Source: Isurus oxyrinchus
Taxonomy: Eukaryota
Direction: 5' to 3'
Assembly (NCBI GenBank): GCA_026770705.1
Contig: JANJGN010000026.1
Coordinates: 39,246,001-39,310,000, forward strand
DNA length: 64,000 nt
In this document: positions 1 through 13,770 of the stretch, in pieces
Layout: every line of letters begins with the position of its first letter
How positions within the stretch are numbered: the stretch's first letter is position 1
Notes under the pieces: generated by a model
The model's input: the letters and a program-made list of their open reading frames with translations, nothing else
Told to the model about the DNA's origin: nothing
Databases searched by the model: none
Program-made: the position numbers and the translations under genes

Positions 1-114
1 GATGTAAAGTCTCCAACAAGAAGTCAATGTGGGAATATTCAGTAAATACCTTTCCACACAAATTTCTGCTCTGAATTTATACCTCGACCCCACTTCCGAA
101 TGTTTGAAGGGTTT

Positions 115-592
115 TTGCAGTCATTCCTGGGATGTGGGCGTCGCTGGATAGGCCAGAATTTATTGCGCACCTCTAGTTGCTCTTCGAAGGCAGTGGTGAG
201 CTGTCTTCTTGAACTGCTGCATTCCATGTCATGTAGTTACATCCACAGCGTTGTTAGAGAGGGAGTACCAGGATTTTGACCCTGCAACATTGAAGGAGCG
301 GCAACATATTTCCAAGTCAGGATGGTGAGTGGCTTGGAGGGGAACATCCAGCTGGTGGTGTTCCCATCTATCCGCGGTCCCTGTCCTTCTAGATGGCAGT
401 CGTCGTAGGTTTGGAAGGTGCTGTCTGAGGAGCCTTGGTGAATCCCTGCAGTATATCTTGTAGATTGTACACACTGCTGTTGCTGTGCATCGGTGGTGGA
501 GGGAGTGAATGTTTGTGGATGGGTGCCAATCAAGCGGACTACTTTGTCCTGGATGGTATCAAGCTTCTTGTGTGTTGTTGGAGCTGCACCAA
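115..592 (-). mobile_element. LINE 3' fragment (CR1/L2 clade, shark HER1-like)
   Basis: Minus frame APTTHKKLDTIQDKVVRLIG (C-terminus of LINE ORF2). The 3' tail GCAATAAATTCTGGCC..CCAGCGACGCCCACATCCC is shared with other copies and SINEs in the window (44.9-45.3, 54.9, 38.2 kb). Confidence 0.7.
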
Positions 593-1449
593 CAATTGCA
601 GCAAAATGAATTATTAATATTGTCATTAATATAACTATTAACAATTATATTGGTTAAACATTTTTCGGTAAACAGCGCTGAGTTACTGGGTACATGATTG
701 ATCTTTCCTTATCGTGCAACAGAATCTCTCCCACTATCCACGACTATTAAGCTGGTCGCTGCACGCTGCCATTCATGTTCAATGCACCACTATCAGGAGT
801 AATCCTCTGTGCTAGAGCTAACTGAAACGGTGGCAGATGAATGGAGAGACAGTTACAGATACATAGGTATTCCCAGGCTGTCATATTGCAAAACAAATGA
901 TATTTATCAACATTTTCTGCCTTTGATCGTTTTAAGAAACTTTAGATGTGTCTCATTCCAATAATGTTTTGATATATCGATAGTTCCATACCTTCAACTT
1001 TCCCATACAACCAATTGCTTGCAACCGAATGATGTCTCCTACCCTATGAAAGACTCTCAACCCATTCACCACTCCTAAGCGATCGATGTTGCACAATCTG
1101 TCAATGATCGCCTATTGTATAACGATTCAAAGTCCAATGAGTATTCTTCTGTTTAAGGAAATGACCCAATTTGTTCAGAAATCCTCTCAATGACTGTGAA
1201 GTTCAGGCTAACCTTGGTTCTTAGAATACAATTCACACAATAGCTGAGCTATTCTGTTGTCAGGTTCAAGGTCACACCCACCGTCAGTGCCTCTGCTCCC
1301 GGCGGGACTCTACAATAGGTTTTGGGGTACAGGAGAGGCCCGGATTCAATCTGGTTTAACGATGTATCTATATTGAAGGCTGAGCCATTGAATGTCTGGA
1401 TTTCTATATATTGGTGTCCTCTTGATCTATGTATTCATTCACAATGAAC

Positions 1450-1785
1450 CCTGGCTGTCAGCTTTGGTTCAGTTGGTAACACTTCCCCCCTTTACATTAA
1501 ATTGAGGCCGTCTGCCCTCTCAAGTCGATGTAAAAGATCCCATAGTACTATCCTGGCTGGAAGTGCAGGGGAGTTGTCCCAGGTTTCTTCGCAAATATTT
1601 AGCAACCAATAAACATGACAAAATATTAACTGGTCATTATCGCACTGCTGCTTTTGGGAGCTTGCTGTGCGCAAATTGGCTGCTGCCCTTCCGACAAGAC
1701 AACAGTGAATACATTTCGGAAGTGCGTTTTTGGCTGTAAAACACTCAGAGATGTCCGGTGATGGTGAAAAGCGCTATAATACATT
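1450..1785 (+). mobile_element. tRNA-headed SINE with Deu-like domain
   Basis: Pol III-like head GGTTCAGTTGGTAACAC and core GCTTGCTGTGCGCAAATTGGCTGCTGCC; a related fragment lies at about 28.75-28.93 kb. Confidence 0.55.
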
Positions 1786-3059
1786 TTTCCTTTTCCCCTT
1801 TTTTGAACTCTAGGTGTAAAATGAAAAGTGTTGGATTGAGGCAGGGAATCATAGCCTTCTAGGATGCGCCTACACACCAGGCTGGGAAAGAGGTCATTCA
1901 GCCACTCAGGACTGTACCAGCATTAAAATAAACTATCGAATTTGTCTCATGCACTCTCACTCCCACTCCCCACCCACCCCATGCTGTTCCTCCATAGCCC
2001 TGCATTTTATTTCATTAGAGACCATGTCTCTGCTGATAATGGATTACATCCTGTCCAGTTGCCCCACTTACATTACTCTAGAGCATGACACCGTTTAAAT
2101 TATGTAAAACTATTTTTCAACTACTACTTCAAAAGGTGATACCCGAGGATGCTGAAAGAGGTTAGGGCGGAAATGATGAACGTAAGAGAGTAAAAATGAA
2201 TAACGTGGCAACATAAATAGGGGGAAACTTGCTGGAGATCAGCAAGTGTTTCATTCCTTTCCAAGCAAGGGGAATAATACATCAGGATTTTAAGATGAAG
2301 TAAGTTCAGGTCAGATGTAGGTAGATTTATTTTTTGCAATCAGTTGCCCGAATTATCACGCTCTTGATGTTTATATCAGGAGTTTCTGTTTAATGCTGAG
2401 CTAATCGCATAACAACGAAATGCAAAGAATAATTCGAATAATTTAGCCCCAGTTCAAACTGAATATTGGGGACATGGGTGCTTTCTTCTGATGGAATGCT
2501 CAATGTCTTCTCAATCAATGTTAACGACATTAAATGAACAGCAATTACATTTCGCATAAAATAAATTCTTGAACATAATGTGTGAAAATAATTATTTATC
2601 TTGGTGGATATAATTTGTAAACAGCATGATTTGTTGATACACATGTACGCACGCCAATACGCAGACACACACAAACAGACACGCGCACACAGACACGTAG
2701 ACACATGCACATACAAACACACATTTCAACTTGAGACCCTACCTTGGCTCCCTCGGAGGCTCTGTAGCATCTGAAGAATCTGCAAAAATCACCAACATCA
2801 TATTTCAGGTGGTACAATGATCCAATAATATCTACCCACGTCGCATATGTTGAGTTGGACATTAAAACGCCCATGGCCCCAACACTGTGCCCTGGTCCAC
2901 ATTGCTCGCTTCCACCAAGACCATCAAGAATTAATTAATAGGATTGAGACACTTTGCTCTTTTCCTGACCTAAGAGTGCGTAAATCAGCCACGTTAATCA
3001 GCAATAGTTGCACCTTAAATATTGGAACTTTCCACAGGAGTTAATGAGCTGATACATCA

Positions 3060-4360
3060 GTAGAAGTGGTTTCTTGACACATTAAGCCAGCATGGACTGG
3101 TAAAGGTCAAATCATGTTTAATTAACTTGCTTGAGTTTTTTTTCTTGACACAGCAGCGATGGTGGATGAGTCCAGTGCTGTTGACGTGGTTTATATGGAC
3201 TTCCAAATGTAATTTGATGAAGTGCCACACAACAGGCTTGTGAGTAAAACTGGGGCTCACTGGAATAAAATGGACGGTAGCATCATGGATAGGGAATTAT
3301 CTGAGTGCCAGGGAACAACGAGTAGTTTTGAACGGTTGATATTCGGACTCGGGGAAGGATTACAATGAAGTACCCCAGGGATCAGTGCTAGGACGCCTGC
3401 TTTTCATGATATTTATTAATGAACTGGGCCTTGGTGTACAGGACACAATTTCAAAATATACAGACGATGCGAAATGTGGAAGCATTGCGGGCGATGAGGA
3501 GGATAGTGGAGGATCTCAAAAAGACATAGAGAGGTTGGTGAAGAGGGCAGACAAGTGACAAATGAAATTTAAGGCAGAGAATATGAGAAGTGGTTCATTT
3601 TGGTGGGAAAAACGCAGAGAGACAATATAAAAGAAAGAGTACGAATCCAAAGAGGCTGCAGGAGCAGAGGCTGTTTATATGTATAAATCATTGAAGGTGG
3701 CAGGACAAGTAGAGAGAGGGGTTAATAAAGCATACATCATCCTGGATTTTATCAGTAGGGGAAAAGAGGGTAAAAGCACGGAGGTTATGTTAAACTTGTG
3801 TGGCACACTGGTTAGGCGTCAACTGGAGAATTACATCCAATTGTGAGCTTTAGGAAGAATTTGAAGGCATGAGAGAGGGCACAGATTTATGGAAAATGTT
3901 CCAGGGATAAGGAGCTCCAGTTATGTAAAAAGAGTGGAGAAGTTGGCTTTAATCTCCTTGGTGAAGAGAAAGTGTAGAGGAGATTTGATATGGGGTACTA
4001 AAAACCATGAGTGGTCTGGACAGGCTAGATAGGAGGGATTGTTCCCATTGGTGAAAGGATCGAAAACCAGTGGGCACAGGTTTACAGTAACCTGGAGAAG
4101 AAGCAGTGGAGAAGCAAGGGAAAAAACCGTCTTCACACAGTGAGTGGTAAGGATCTGGAATGCATTGCTTGACAGTGTGGTGTAGTGAGGGACATTTGAT
4201 GTTTTGAAACGGAAATTGTATCATTACCTGAAAAGGGGGAAAAAACGCTGGAGTACGGGAAAATCAGTGCCACTAGGACAATTGCTCCTTCAGAGTTCAG
4301 CACAGACAGGACTAGCAGAAAGGTATCCTTCTGTGCTGTAAGAATTCAATGATTCTATCA
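3060..4360 (+). mobile_element. CR1 LINE RT fragment, degraded
   Basis: Recognisable QHG..KSCL.NL.EFF, PQGSVLG and DD-motif remnants with stops and frameshifts; ends in an ATTCTAT-like tail. Confidence 0.85.
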
Positions 4361-4489
4361 TTAATATCAGAAGCAGCAACTGAAATCCACATTTTCACAG
4401 CATCAACAGTAGCAGAGTCTGTCCAGTGGATGGCAGTGAAACAGTGAAGACTGACACGATATGAGCCACGCACACTGTTTCAATCATTT

Positions 4490-6790
4490 CTGTTAAACCT
4501 GACCCTCTGTCTGTATATATTACACTAAGTCATGTCTCTGATCATTTTACAACAGGTTGTGTCTCAGTTGTTTCTGTAATAGGCCCAATCTCAGTTGTTA
4601 ATGTACTGGACAAAGGCCATATTACACTAGACATTAGAGTCATAGAGGTCTATAGTACAGAAAAAGGCCCTTCGGCCCAAGAAGTCTGCACCGGTCAGAC
4701 AAGTACCTAACTATTCTAATCCCATATTCCAGCACTAGGCCCAGAGCCATATATGCCACGGCATCGCAAGCGCACATCCAAATTCTTCTTAAATGTTATG
4801 AGGGTTTCTGCCTCTACCACCCTTTCAGGCAGTGAGTTCCAGATTCCCACCACCCTCTGGGTGAAAGAAATATTCCTCGCATCTCCTCTAAGCCTCCTGC
4901 CCCTTAACTTAAATCTATGCCCCCAGGTTATTGATTCCTCCACCAAAGGGAAAAGTTCCTTCCTGCCGACCCTATCCAAGCCCCTCATAATTTTATACAC
5001 CGCAGTCTTGTCCCCCCTCAATCTCCTCTGCCCCAGGGAAAATAACCCCAGTTTATCCAGCCCTTCCTCACAACTAAAACTCTCCAGCCCAGGCAACACC
5101 CTGGTAAATCTCCTCTGCACTGTCTCTTGTGCAATCACACCCTTCCTATCATTCGGATTCCAGAACTGCACGCAATATTCTAACTGTGACCTAACTAGGG
5201 TTTCATACAGTTCCAGTTTAAGCTCCCTGCTCTCACATTCTATGCCTTGGCTAATAAAGGCAAGTGTCCCATGTGCCTTTTTATAAATATACATTCTCTC
5301 AGTTATTATTTTTATTATAGCATGCCTTGGCTACTATAGTTATAGTCCATGTCTCAGTTGTTACTGCACTAGTATTTGTCTCTGCTTAATAGAAACCAGA
5401 ACATTTTCTTGTTTGCACGGCATGAGGCTCTTTCTCAGTTATTACACTACTAAACCCTGCCACGTTTATACTAAGCTAGGGGATGTCTCGGCCAATGCTG
5501 CACCAGTCCATGTCTCTGTTGAGATCATACGATGCCCTGTCACTGTTATTATTGCACAATACTGTGTGTCTCTCTATTAGTGCTGCACTTGCCCATATCT
5601 CTGTTTATATTAATCCAGGCCCTGTGTTTGTAATTACTGTGACAGGCTCTTTCTCCGTTTATATTGGACAAGGTCCTGTATCAGATAAAACTGCAGTAGA
5701 CCGCGTGACAGTTTCCTTTCACTAGATCCTGCCTCAGTTATTACTGAACTAGATCAAGTCACAGTTCATACTACACAAGGTCCTATTCAATTATTAGTGC
5801 ACTCGGCACTGCCCCAATTTCTATTCCATTAGATTATGTCCCTGTTTATATGGCACTAAATCGTGTCTTTGCTGATCTTCTGTTCGACCCTTTCTCAGTT
5901 TATATTATACTGGACGCTGTCTCAGTTTTATATTGCATTAAATCTGGTCTCAGTTTATATTACACTGCAGCCCGTCTCTGTTAATATTACACTAGACCCT
6001 GTCTCAGTTTATATTACATTAGACCCTGTCTCAGTGTATATTACACTATACCCTGTCTCAGTTTATGTTACACTAGACATTATCTCTGCTGATGCTAAAA
6101 TAGACACTGTCTTTGTTATTTCTGTGTAGACCATGTCTCTGCTTATATTACACAAGACAAAGTCTGTTATTACTGCACTAAAGGCTGGCTCAGTAACTGC
6201 TGATACTAGGCCCAGTCTTGGTTTATATTACTGTAGGTGCTGCATCAATAATTGGTGCACACGGCCCTGTCTCAGTATTACTGCATCAGACTCTGACTTT
6301 GTTTCTATTGAAATAGATTCTGTCTGTGATAATATTACACCAGTTCCTGCCTCCTCAGTTATTTCAGTGCTCGGTATTGTCTCAGCTGTTTTCGAATTCG
6401 GCCGTGGCTCTGGTTGTATTACATACAGTAAAGTCTCAGTTATTACTGCTCTGAACCCAGTGTCCGCATATGCAACGTTAAATCCTGTATTAGTTGTTGT
6501 TGCACCAGTCCATACATCTTATATTACACTCGCCTTGTCTCTGTTTTTACTTCAACTAGATCATGTCTTTTGTTTATCTTACATTGGAGGCAACCTCAGT
6601 TATAATTGCACCAGACCCTGTCTAGGGTATTATCAATCCATGTGCCAGATCAATCATTACTGTTCTAGCCCCGAGAGAGGATTGATATTAATTGATATTA
6701 ACCCAGGTCCTTATTCAATGATCACTGCACAAACCCTGCCTCAGTTATTACCACACTAGGCAATGCCTCTATTATTGCTGCAAGGGTCTA
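4490..6790 (+). repeat. Degraded 27-bp satellite block, orientation opposite to the main array, interrupted by CR1
   Basis: Repeated CCCTGTCTCAGTTTATATTACACTAGA-like units, clearest at 5.95-6.08 kb. Confidence 0.85.
4636..5283 (-). mobile_element. CR1 LINE 3' fragment
   Basis: ORF 4716..5294: LYETLVRSQLEYCVQFW..VQRRFTR..FTQRVVGIWNSLP, a typical CR1 ORF2 C-terminus. Confidence 0.9.
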
Positions 6791-8124
6791 TGTCTCTGTG
6801 AGTTGGAGATATAATGTTACACACAAAGATGTTGAGGTGGGAATTTTTCTCTGGCGTTGTCCAAAAACGGGCGGTATTTGATGGCCCGTTCCTTGCAACA
6901 CTTGACAGTTAGTTTCATTTAGTTTCTGTCAAATAAATTATATATCCGATATTGTCAGTTATGTGTGTTGTGTGCAAAAAAAATCATGCCTCTTGCCTAT
7001 GCCGCCATTTCTCAAAGATGAATAATGATCTTCACCAGAATGTTTCAGTATTTATTTTGATTTTACTCAAACTGTAACTGCGGATGATTTAATACTGCAA
7101 ATATTTATTGATAACATCTTTCGTTGTGTACTTGTGTTTAGAACGTGATGTCATATTCACCATTTCATTATCAAGACAAACATGTCTTTCAGCAAAATCA
7201 TTGAATGTCTCTTATCTCTTTGTCTGAGGCAGAGCCTAACTCATTGAACGTCTTCCCTTTATCTCTCTCTCTCTCTCCACCCACCATCTTTACTCCGTCC
7301 CTCACACCCTCTCTCTTTCTCTCTCTCTCTGTCTCTGTCTCTGAGCGTTCCTTATTTATTATGAATCTCCTATTATATAATAACACTATTTGGAGAAAAT
7401 ATATTTTTAGTAATTCCCCTTCATTTCTCCCAATGATAACCTTCAACCCATTCACGCCTTCAGTGATTATGTTCAAATCCAAAACTATGCATTTACTTTA
7501 ATTGTAAATTGTTTAACAACGTAACTATTTATTGATAACCAATTTTTTGTATGTATTTGTTTAGAAAATGATGTCAGACTGACTATTTCGTTCCTAAGGT
7601 GGCTTATCTAAGGTGATGATCAGTTGGAAAGCGAATGATATCACATCGAGAATAACCTGCAGTTTATTAACAAATGAGCATCTCAACATCTCACAGAAGC
7701 TCATAATAATCTCGAATGTGTGATGATTTGTGCAAGTGATGGCAAAAAATAAAACTTGACCAATACCTGCACATGTAATTCTCCGATGTATTACCCCTGT
7801 TGATGGGAAGGATTGAAACTCCTGCTGCTCTCCAGAGAACTTTCACTATTTCTGTTTCCCCTTTTTTAACTTTTACCTTCACAAACTCCACCACAGCCAT
7901 TCGAATTAATTTTGGACTGACTGTTTTATCTGTAGGTTGTATATTCAATGTAATCTTATCGAAAATAAACCAGGATCTAGTGGACCATAAGCAGACACCG
8001 GACCTGGTAATAGAAGACCTGGTTGATGCAGTAATAACAGAGACAAGATCTGGTGTTATATGGTGGGGTATGGGCAGGTGCCATAACAACAGTTACATGG
8101 TCTGGTGTAATAAAATCAGAGATA

Positions 8125-9815
8125 GAAGCATAGAAACAGAGAAACATAAAAATTAGGAGCAGGAGTAGGCCATTTGACCCTTCAAGCCTGCTCCGCCATT
8201 CATTATGATCATGGCTCATCATTCAACTCAATAGCCTGCTCCCACTTTCTCCCCATACCCTTTCATCCCTTTCGCCCAAGAGCTTTATCTAACTCCATCT
8301 TGAAAACATGCAATGCTTTGGTCTCAACTACTTTCTGTGATAACGAATTCCACTGGCTCACCACTCTCTGGGTGAAGAAATTTCTCCTCATCTGAGTCCT
8401 AAATGGTCTACCCCATATCCCCGGACTGTGACCCCTGGTTCTGGACTCCCCCACCATCGGGGACTTCCTTCCTGCATCTATCCTGTCTAGTCCTGTTAGA
8501 ATTTTATAGGTTTCTAACAGATTCCCCCCCTCATTCTTCTGAAATCCAGCGAATATAATCCTAATCGACTCAATCTCTCCTCATATGTCAGTCCTGCCAT
8601 CCCAGAAATTAGTCGGGTAAACATTCGCTGCACTCCCTCGAAAGCAAGAATATCTTTCCTCAGATAAGGAGACCAAAAACTGCGCACAATATTCCAGGTG
8701 CGGTCTCACCAAGGCCCTGTACAATTGCAGCACGACATCCACATTCCTTTACATGAATCCTCTGGCTATGAAGGTAAACATACCATTTGCCTTCTTAACC
8801 GCCTGCTGCATCTGCATGCTTACCTTCAGCGACTGGTGTACAAGGACACCCAGGTCTCGTTGCACATTCCCCTCTCTCAATTTATAGCCATTCAGATAAT
8901 AATCTGCCTTCCTGTTTTTGCTACCAAAATGGATAACTTCACATTTATCGACATTATACTACATCTGCCATGCATTTGCCCACTCACTCAGCTTGTTCAA
9001 ATCACACTGAAGGATCTCTGCATCCTCCTCACAGCTGACCCTCCCAAACAGCTTTGTGTCATCTGCAAAGTTGGAGATGTTACATTTAATTCCCTCACCT
9101 AAATCATTAATATATATTGTGAATAACTGGGGTCCTAGCACCGATCCCTGCGGTACCCCAGTAGTCACTGCTCGCCATTTGGGAAAAGACCCGTTTATTC
9201 CTACACTTTGTTTCCTGTCTGCCAACCAGTTTTCTATCCATCTCAATACACTACCCCCAATCCAATGCGCTTTAATTTTACATGCTTACTCTGATGTGGG
9301 ACTTCGTCGAAAGCCTGCTAAAAGTCCAAATAAACCACATCCACTGGCTCTGCCTCAACAACTCTACTAGTAACATCCTCGAAAAATTCCAGTAGATTTG
9401 TCAAGCATTGTTTCCCTTTCATAAATCCATGCTGACTCTGTCCGATTCTGCCACTGTTTTCCACGTGCTCAGCTACTAAATCTTTTATAATGGACTCTAG
9501 AATTTTCCCCACTACCGACGTCAGGCTAACTGGTCCATAATTCGCTGTTTTCTCCCTGCCTCCGTTTTTAAATAGTGGGGTTACATTAGCTAAGCTCCAA
9601 TCTGTAGGAACTGTTCCAGAGTCAATAGAATCTTGGAAGCTGAACACCAATACATCCACTATTTCTGGGGCCACTTCCTTAAGTACTCTGGGATATAGAT
9701 TATCAGGCGCCGGGGATTTATCGGCCTTCAATTTCTCCAACACCATTTCCCTACCAATATTCATTTCTTTCAGTTCCTCCCGCTCACTAAACCCCGTGTT
9801 CCCCAATATTTCTGG
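8125..9815 (-). mobile_element. CR1 LINE, 5'-truncated, RT domain with frameshifts
   Basis: ORFs contain PRVLKEVA, QHGFMKG..CLTNLLEFF, GVPQGSVLGPQLFTIYINDL, FADDTKL and FFTQRVV..WNSL. Confidence 0.92.
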
Positions 9816-12800
9816 CATGATATGGGCTAGTGTAGTGATAACAGGCACAATACCTAGTCCAATACAAACAGGGATATGCGCTACTGCAGTGATAACACAA
9901 ATTGACCCAAGGAGTAATATAAGCAGAGAAATGCGTTATTTCTGGAATAAAAGAGAGGGAGGACTCGCTATAACATTGAATGAACTGGCATTTGTGTGAT
10001 CATAATAACAAAACTGCTTTGTATAAAATAACAACTGAAAAAGGTCAAAGTGAAACACTAACAGAAACAGGGTCACCGTTAACAATATCAGAAACAGATT
10101 CCTATTGAAAACTGATAGGCACGAGGCTTTCAGAAATAATGAGAGAGGTTTGCATTAGAATTTGAATGACAGACAAGCTCTGAGCCCAACTGTTACAGAG
10201 GCAGCATTTTATACAACGAGTTTGGAGACACAGGTCAGGTTAAAAACCGGAAAGTTGTGTGTAAAAAATACAATGTTTGATGAAAGCAAGGAGCAGCATG
10301 TTCAGCGCATCACTGAATACTCACTGGATCCAGTGTGATGACGGCACAGTCAGGATCTAGTCCACCCAAATCGAAGTTGGGTCTGATATAATAGTGTGTG
10401 TGAGACAGCGCCAATTGATACAATAGCAAATGCTTTACCTAATGTCTAATAATAGAGTCAAGCACCACTGCAATATGAATGGGATGGAGTTGGTGTAATA
10501 ACACTGACACGGTATAGTGTTATAGCAAATAAAACATAACATTCTGGAATTACTCTGCAGGTCGGCAGAATCTGTGGTGATAAACAGAGTGAACGTTTCA
10601 TGGCGATGACCCTTCAGCGGAACCGGGGTCATCGATTTAACTCTGCTTCTCTCCACAGCCACTGCACTCCCGAGTGCTACAGTTGGTCGCACTTCTGCTT
10701 TTGAGCTGCAAGACTTGGTTTCAAATTCCACCCCAGGCTCCGTTGACCACGGGAAGAGTGCTCGTCTGACAGGGCGCCGGTTTTTAATCAGCCTCCAAAA
10801 TCCTCCCGCCCCTCCACACTTTTCCCAAGGCTGCAAAGTATATGACGATCCGGAAAACAGACTCGACACCTGCTGTCTGACCTGTGGTGGATTTCCGGCA
10901 CATTCGGTTTCTGGTTTCGATTTCTAGCATCTGTAATATGTTGCCGTTGTAGTAATGTAATGGGAACTGGGAATATATCATGTCAGCATTGACGAATTAA
11001 CGGCACTCTCATCCCTCAAGGTTTTGGGTTTAAGCCTCAGTCCGGACAGTTGACCACTTAATATCGGCCAAGGCTCACGGTGATAGTTCATATGGACGTT
11101 TTTCTGTTCTTTTATCCATTAGTTTCTTAGACTCAGCAAGAGTGAGAGAGAAACTGCGCAGTTCCTCCATGCAGCGAATGGCGGGTTCCTAGAACATTGT
11201 TGCTGATTTGACTTTCCCGCCTTCTCATACGAAACAAACAACTTCTCTATTCTTGGATTTGCGAAGGGAGTTCTGACTGCGGGGCACGGGCCAGACTGGG
11301 GCTGATCTAATAATCACAGAGGCCGGTTCCAGTTTTTCAGTAACAGAGGCTGCTGGTAATCTTACATAAAGGGGGGCAGGGGGCGAATGAACATCTGATT
11401 GTAATGTAATGGAGTGAACGTGTAAGGAAGTAATGATGTTTAAGGGCCTTAGCGCAGGCTGTGTTATGGTGAGTGACACAGGGATTTGTGTGGTAAAAAC
11501 GGAGTCTAAACATCATGACAGAGGCCCGTGTGACTGACTCCACCTGACTAAGAGCCGTTATACCCGAGGGGACGACAATCATGGCGGTCTCCAGAGATTT
11601 CTGATACCTGCATCTCTCAGAGAAACAAAAAATAACCTGCTCCTTCTCATTCTTACCGACAGTTCTCTATTTACACAGACACACAAGTGCCGGACCCGGC
11701 AGCTTGTAGAAACCAATGTTTAAATCCTCAGCTTGAGGCCGATGATGGCTGAAAATATTAAACACCAAAACTTCCCCAGACTCAATGCCACAAATGTTAA
11801 GGGTAATCGTGCTTTTTACTAAACAAGTTCCATCCAGTGTAATTTTGCTCAATATAATGATTTGTAAATAGTAATGAACTTCTGAGGGATGCCTCGTAAT
11901 TATCGACACACACACTGTGGCGCTGTCAAAAGACAGGATTAGCACAAGACGAAAGCTGCATAATTATTGCATTTTATTCGGTCTCATGCAAGGACAGAGG
12001 AAGATACAGAAAACGTGCTGGGACAATTATATCGACGAATGATCCAGTTGATCTCTTCAAGTATTTATCTGATTCACTTTACAAACTTACTATTAAGCCG
12101 ATTCCATCACGCTTTCAAGCTGTGCATTCCAGTTCATAACAACTCGCCGTGTAAAAAAATAAACAATTATCCTCCTGCCTTCCTGTTCAATAAAGTAAAT
12201 CTGTCGCCTCCTGCCAGTTGAAATATTTTCTCTTTATTTACTCTATTAATGCATTTCAATACTTTTATTTAATAGACTCACAGAGAGGTGGATAGAGATA
12301 GACAGAGATAAAACTGAGCGAAGAACACTTTAAATGGAAAAGGGAGACGGAGTGTTGCAGAGAAACAAGCTTCGAGAGAGAGTGCATGCCTAGGGAGTGT
12401 GTGTGTGAGTGGCGGGTAAGAGTGGGGGTGTGGGGGTGTGTGGAGGGGGGCTTTAGAGTGGGTAGCGGGTGATGGAGCATGATAACGAAAAATGAAAGGT
12501 AGCAAGCTCTCATTTCCCCGCTTCAGGGACCCGGGGAACCTCAGTGATTGATCCATTGACCACTCAGTTATCTCCTGGAAGCTCGAAACAGATCAGGAGA
12601 GGCTCATTTGTAAATGTCACCGCAATGTGATCTGTGTGACTCTACCTGACTCTGTGGCCAGATATAAGCCGCTTTGACAGATGTTCTCACCAGATTGTGG
12701 CCCTGGATTTATTTTCTGCTCAGAAGTGAGATGTGCGGTTTGGAACCGGCAGCAGAGAAACAGGAAGTTGTGTTACCTGAGAATGAAACAGCAGGCGTCA

Positions 12801-13554
12801 GTTTCATGTTATCACCGTGAACAGTCTTCCTGCCTGTGAGGTTAAACTCACTCTGACAGCATCAAGAACAACCACACAGATTGCTGCCGGTCTCAGCATT
12901 GCATTCAGCTCCATTCCCAATTTGAAGAATTAAATAAATGAGATTGTTTTGGTTATAGCATATTAACTGAAGGGGAGATGAACTAAACGTAATCACTGGG
13001 AGAAAAGAGCAGAAATTCAAACAATAATTTCCCTCACAGAGGGTTATTCTAAAATAGAAAGTTTTAAGAGGGTTTGGTGTTTTCTGAGAGAAAGAGAGGA
13101 AAGAGGTGAAGTGGGTGAGCTGGTGTCTTTCTGGTGCTGAATTTTCCTTTGATGAGGTTTTGGCCCTTTTCGTTTCAGTGATAATGCGCCTCAAGCAAAA
13201 GATTTAAACGTTGGTTCCTCGTAGCTGCCAGATCTGGCCCTTGTGAGTCTGTGTAAGTGAGTTAAGTGAAGTCTGAGAGAGAGGAGAGGTTAACTGATTT
13301 AGCTGTAGTCTGAGACAGAGGAAGAGAGGGAAGAAGTTCAGTGAGTCATTTGAAAAATGTATTTGCCGTGACAATGGAATTTCCAGCTTGACACTACTTT
13401 ATGGAGCACGCATGACAATGCATTGCCGATAAATATTAACGGTAGCATAGGATCTGTAAGTATATTCTCAATAAGCTATCATAACGTGCTGAAAAATAAT
13501 TGTAATGTATTTTGCAAACAATGGAAAATTATGTGTGCCGGATGTACCCGCCTC

Positions 13555-13606
13555 CACAGCCATACATACAGCTGCAAACACCCATATACACACCCACACA
13601 CCAACA

Positions 13607-13641
<35 letters not shown>

Positions 13642-13770
13642 TCACATACACAGGCACACACACCGACACACACCGACAGACACACACGCAGCTACACACA
13701 CACACAGAGACCGACACACACACATACACACACACACGCCGACACACACACACACAGACCCTGACACACA
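13555..13770 (+). repeat. (CA)n compound microsatellite
   Basis: Seen directly; it explains the overlapping HT/CV-rich ORFs. Confidence 0.95.

Noticed and set aside
2124-2722. Possible LRR-like or novel coding exons in the duplicated block
   Set aside because: The frames are not conserved in the paralogous copies; the opposite strand shows decayed CR1 motifs (PRMLKEVRAE).
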